Positions 60,802 through 64,000 of a stretch of DNA of 64,000 nt are shown here, one piece after another. How positions within the stretch are numbered: position 1 is the stretch's first letter; every line of letters starts with the position of its first letter. The notes beneath the pieces were generated by a model that did not search any database, was not told where the DNA came from, and was given only the letters and a program-made list of their open reading frames with translations. The stretch comes from Chthoniobacteraceae bacterium (GTDB taxonomy: Bacteria > Verrucomicrobiota > Verrucomicrobiia > Chthoniobacterales > Chthoniobacteraceae). Location: the NCBI GenBank assembly GCA_037190965.1, contig JBBCKI010000002.1, forward strand, positions 64,001-128,000, written 5' to 3'. The position numbers were made by a program, and so were the translations under genes.

Positions 60802-61971
60802 ATGGATTTTAACCGTTACATCGCCAACCACGTTCGCGACATCCCGCGCTCGGGCATTCGCGACTTCTTCGAGGTCGTCCAGACCATGTCGGACGTCATC
60901 TCCCTCGGCATTGGAGAGCCTGATTTCGACACCCCGTGGCACATCCGGGAGGCTGCCATCTACTCGCTCGAACAAGGCCGCACCGGCTACACCTCCAATC
61001 TCGGCTCGCCCGAGCTTCGGGGCGCCATCGCCAAGTACGTCAAAAAGACCTTCAACATCGCCTACGAGCCCAAGAGCGAAATTATCGTCACGGTCGGCGT
61101 CTCGGAGGCAATCGATCTTGCCCTGCGCGCGCTGCTCAACCCGGGCGACGAAGTGCTTTACCACGAGCCGTGCTATGTCAGCTATTCGCCGAGCATCGTG
61201 CTCGCCTTCGGCATCCCGGTGGCCATCGCCACCCGGCCCGAGGAAAACTTCCGCCTGACTGCCGAAGCCGTTGCCGAGAAGATCACCCCACGCACCAAGG
61301 TGCTCATGCTCAACTTCCCGACGAACCCAACGGGTGGCACGCAGACACGCGAGGAGTTGGAAAAAATCGCCGCGCTTTGCATCAAGCACGACATCATCGT
61401 GCTCTCCGATGAAATCTACAGCGAACTGACCTACGACGGCGCGGAGCATATTTCGATTGCCTCCATCCCCGGCATGAAGGAACGAACCGTGTTCCTTCAC
61501 GGGTTCTCGAAGGCGTTCGCCATGACCGGCTTCCGCATCGGGTACGCCTGCGCGCCCAACGCGCTCACCGAGGCGATGATGAAAATCCACCAGTACGGCA
61601 TTCTCTGCGCCCCCACCACCGCGCAGGACGCCGCGCTTGAGGCGCTCGAAAACGGAGCCGACGAGATGGAGCGGATGCGCAAGGAATACGAGGCCCGCCG
61701 CAACTTCATCGTCCGCAGCTTCAACGACCTCGGCCTGGAATGTTTCAAGCCGCTTGGGGCTTTCTATGTTTTCCCTCGCATCTCAAGCACAGGCTTGACC
61801 AGCCGCGAGTTTTCACTCGGCCTGCTGGAAAAAAAGAAAGTCGCCGTCGTTCCCGGCACCGCCTTCGGGCCCGGCGGAGAAGGGTTTGTCCGTTGCAGTT
61901 ATGCGACCGGCATGGACCAGATCAAAGTCGCGATGAAGCGAATCGGCGAATTCATCCGCGAGATCAAATAG
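60802..61971 (+). CDS. Class I/II PLP aminotransferase
   Basis: SGIRDFF, LGIGEPDF, FPTNPTG, SDEIY, GFSKAFAMTGFRIGY, PGTAFG. Confidence 0.92.
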   Translation: MDFNRYIANHVRDIPRSGIRDFFEVVQTMSDVISLGIGEPDFDTPWHIREAAIYSLEQGRTGYTSNLGSPELRGAIAKYVKKTFNIAYEPKSEIIVTVGVSEAIDLALRALLNPGDEVLYHEPCYVSYSPSIVLAFGIPVAIATRPEENFRLTAEAVAEKITPRTKVLMLNFPTNPTGGTQTREELEKIAALCIKHDIIVLSDEIYSELTYDGAEHISIASIPGMKERTVFLHGFSKAFAMTGFRIGYACAPNALTEAMMKIHQYGILCAPTTAQDAALEALENGADEMERMRKEYEARRNFIVRSFNDLGLECFKPLGAFYVFPRISSTGLTSREFSLGLLEKKKVAVVPGTAFGPGGEGFVRCSYATGMDQIKVAMKRIGEFIREIK

Positions 61972-61993
61972 ATCCAGGTTCAAGCAATCCAAC

Positions 61994-62032
61994 AGCCGCC
62001 CGGGGAGTCTCAACGCTTCCGGGCGGCTTTTT
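61994..62032 (+). terminator. Rho-independent terminator
   Basis: AGCCGCCCGG...CCGGGCGGCT followed by TTTT. Confidence 0.8.
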
Positions 62033-62058
62033 GCATTTCAATATCCGCCGCTTCCCTT

Positions 62059-62218
62059 CTCGTTCTTTCCCCTCTCAATCTCCAGATTGGGAATGCCCTT
62101 GTCTTCGAATCTCTGATTCGAAAGCCTTGTTATCTCGGGCAGGGTGCCGGAACGGACAGGATTGCGAAACTGGAGTTTCGAAGACACAGGCGTTCCCAAA
62201 CAGAGTTTAGGAACGAGG
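62059..62218 (+). repeat. REP-like element family B, copy 3
   Basis: CAATCTCCAGATTG, CGAATCTCTGATTCG, CGAAACTGGAGTTTCG, GTTCCCAAACAGAGTTTAGGAACGAGG. Confidence 0.82.
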
Positions 62219-62242
62219 CGGATTCGGCAAAGACTTCAGCAA

Positions 62243-64000
62243 CTAAATCAGATACTCAGCCTTTGCATAATCGCCCGACTTGATCTGCGCAGGGGTGACA
62301 TCCAGACGGGCGAAACGAAGGAAAAATCCCCAGGCTTGGCCGCGATTGATATCCATCGCGATCCGGACCTCATGCATCCCGGCAGCAAGCGACGCCTTCT
62401 TGCTGCTTTCGTCGGCATAACAAGGATTGGTTCCGTTGAGATCCTTGAAGAACGGCTTGCCGTTGAGCCACAGGCGAAAAGGCCCGTCATAACCCATCAG
62501 AAACTCAAGCCGCATCGGTTCCGGCAGGCAAAGCCTGGCTGAAAAATAGGCAAGCCCAGGCTCGCTCTCCGCCCACCGGGGATTCTCGTTGACGAAACCC
62601 GCAGGCTCTTCGTTGTAAGTCCTGATTGTCGCGCCAGGGGCGTCGACATCCGGCAAGCCGATCTTCCCGAGAGAAGCGGAAGTTCGGTCCACCTCGGAAA
62701 CCTTCCACGTTGTCACAAAGGGGAGGAACGCCTTCGGCTCGGTCAAAGCAAAAGGCCCAAAGACCGGCAAGGAAAAGCCCCGGCCATCGATGATGTTGCA
62801 ACGCGGTGTCACGCCGTGCCCATAAGAAATAAATACCGGCGGCGTTCCACCCCGGGTCCAATAGATCTGCGCGGTATCCCCTTGAAGGGCGATCCTGAAG
62901 ATCGAGGGAATCTCTTTGCCGTAACTGTCCAGCAAAGCAAATCCGCTCGGAGAGCCCGCCGAATGAAGCCCTTCGACCCCATTTTCGAACTTCACCTCGA
63001 ACATGGAGCCCGTCGTCAAGTGGCGAGGCGTGATCTTGCCGAGTTGAGGGGGACGATCCTCCCGCAAATTTCCCAGCACCATTCGATCCGCGACGCGGGC
63101 AAAACGCTTTGCCAATACCGGGAAGGAATCCGCGCCAATGTGAATGCAATCGTCAAGTTCGAGGTCGATTGCGGCAACGGTCTCCAGATTCTTGATTTGA
63201 CGCGGCAACAGGCGTTGCTGCTCCTGGATGGAATTCCACGCCCGCGCTCCCTCCTCGGGGCGCCCCTCGATCACGCGCGCCAACTGGACGATGATCCACG
63301 GGAGTTGCGGCTGGCGCAGATCCCGGCGGGTCGCCGATACCAATCGCTTCATGCGATCAGTATAGAGAGGAGCCGCGCCAACAGTGGCATCACTCTCGCC
63401 CTGGTACCAGAGCACCCCCGCGACCGGCTGCCCGGTGGCCTTCACCGAAGCCAGCATCGAAGCATAGAGCGACTCTCCCCCGAGACTCTTTCGCTCCGGA
63501 TTCCATTGGTTCATGCTGGTTCCGCCATGCGCAACACAGATCAACCCTTGCGGAACCCCGGAGCGCTCCACCATCTCGCGACCAAAAAACAACCCCACTC
63601 CAACCCCTTTGACGGCGGATTCGCGCAACCGCTCTCCCTCCTCGGGGCTGCACTGACTGCCCCCGTGGTGACAAAAGTCCGGTGACTCCCCCAGCACATG
63701 CAACGGCTCAACCGCCCGCCGCCATTCCCGCCGCATGGAAAAAGCACGGACCAATGGATGCGGCTTGGCCGCGCCCTCGCGATTGCCACAACCCTGCATG
63801 TTGCTCTGCCCCGACAGAATCCAGACATCCCCGACAAAAAACTCTTTAACCCGCGCCGTCTCTCCCGCCTTCGAGCGCAATTCGAGCCGGTAGGGTCCAC
63901 CGGCAGGAATTCCGGAAAGCTCGGCGGAAAACCGCCCGCGCGAAACCGCCCCCACCCGCCGCGCATTCCAGCCCTTGAGCACTCCTGCGGCGTTGGAAAT
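62243..64000 (-). CDS. Sialate O-acetylesterase (SASA/SGNH) family protein, N-terminus beyond the right edge
   Basis: GDVWILSGQSNM, HGGTS, LWYQGESD, DCIH; the frame is open to 64000. Confidence 0.88.
   Translation of the reverse strand: MSNAAGVLKGWNARRVGAVSRGRFSAELSGIPAGGPYRLELRSKAGETARVKEFFVGDVWILSGQSNMQGCGNREGAAKPHPLVRAFSMRREWRRAVEPLHVLGESPDFCHHGGSQCSPEEGERLRESAVKGVGVGLFFGREMVERSGVPQGLICVAHGGTSMNQWNPERKSLGGESLYASMLASVKATGQPVAGVLWYQGESDATVGAAPLYTDRMKRLVSATRRDLRQPQLPWIIVQLARVIEGRPEEGARAWNSIQEQQRLLPRQIKNLETVAAIDLELDDCIHIGADSFPVLAKRFARVADRMVLGNLREDRPPQLGKITPRHLTTGSMFEVKFENGVEGLHSAGSPSGFALLDSYGKEIPSIFRIALQGDTAQIYWTRGGTPPVFISYGHGVTPRCNIIDGRGFSLPVFGPFALTEPKAFLPFVTTWKVSEVDRTSASLGKIGLPDVDAPGATIRTYNEEPAGFVNENPRWAESEPGLAYFSARLCLPEPMRLEFLMGYDGPFRLWLNGKPFFKDLNGTNPCYADESSKKASLAAGMHEVRIAMDINRGQAWGFFLRFARLDVTPAQIKSGDYAKAEYLI

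Overview
GC-rich bacterial chromosomal segment, most likely Verrucomicrobiota (inferred from a PEP-CTERM protein, an H-X9-DG prepilin-like protein, a proteasome-type ARC ATPase alongside lpxA, and a Lys/Ala-rich RpoD N-terminus). Housekeeping genes (dnaG-rpoD, gltX, hisC, hisI-trpE-trpG, RluA-family synthase, udg, radC, lpxA, dnaX-ybaB) alternate with accessory blocks. These blocks are an AraC-linked six-gene putative glycan/surface locus (9.6-19.4 kb), an SDR + LarA-family + gluconokinase operon, a BlaI/M56 pair, glf/GT/GH2, two bactofilins, nfeD-flotillin, and a decarboxylase/ATP-grasp/epimerase/hybrid kinase block. Three families of REP/REPIN-like intergenic elements (10 copies) are present. 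I found no tRNA, rRNA, CRISPR array or transposase. The strongest non-annotated signals are: (1) a 10-codon leader peptide MRRILHWWHR plus terminator ahead of hisI-trpE-trpG, a candidate dual His/Trp attenuator; (2) a 35-bp motif duplicated in front of both transcription units of the AraC locus; (3) a probable nickel-pincer epimerase route mannonate->gluconate; (4) a perfect BlaI-type double operator. All product calls come from motif recognition by eye, not database searches. Several start codons were moved from the ORF track to more plausible positions.
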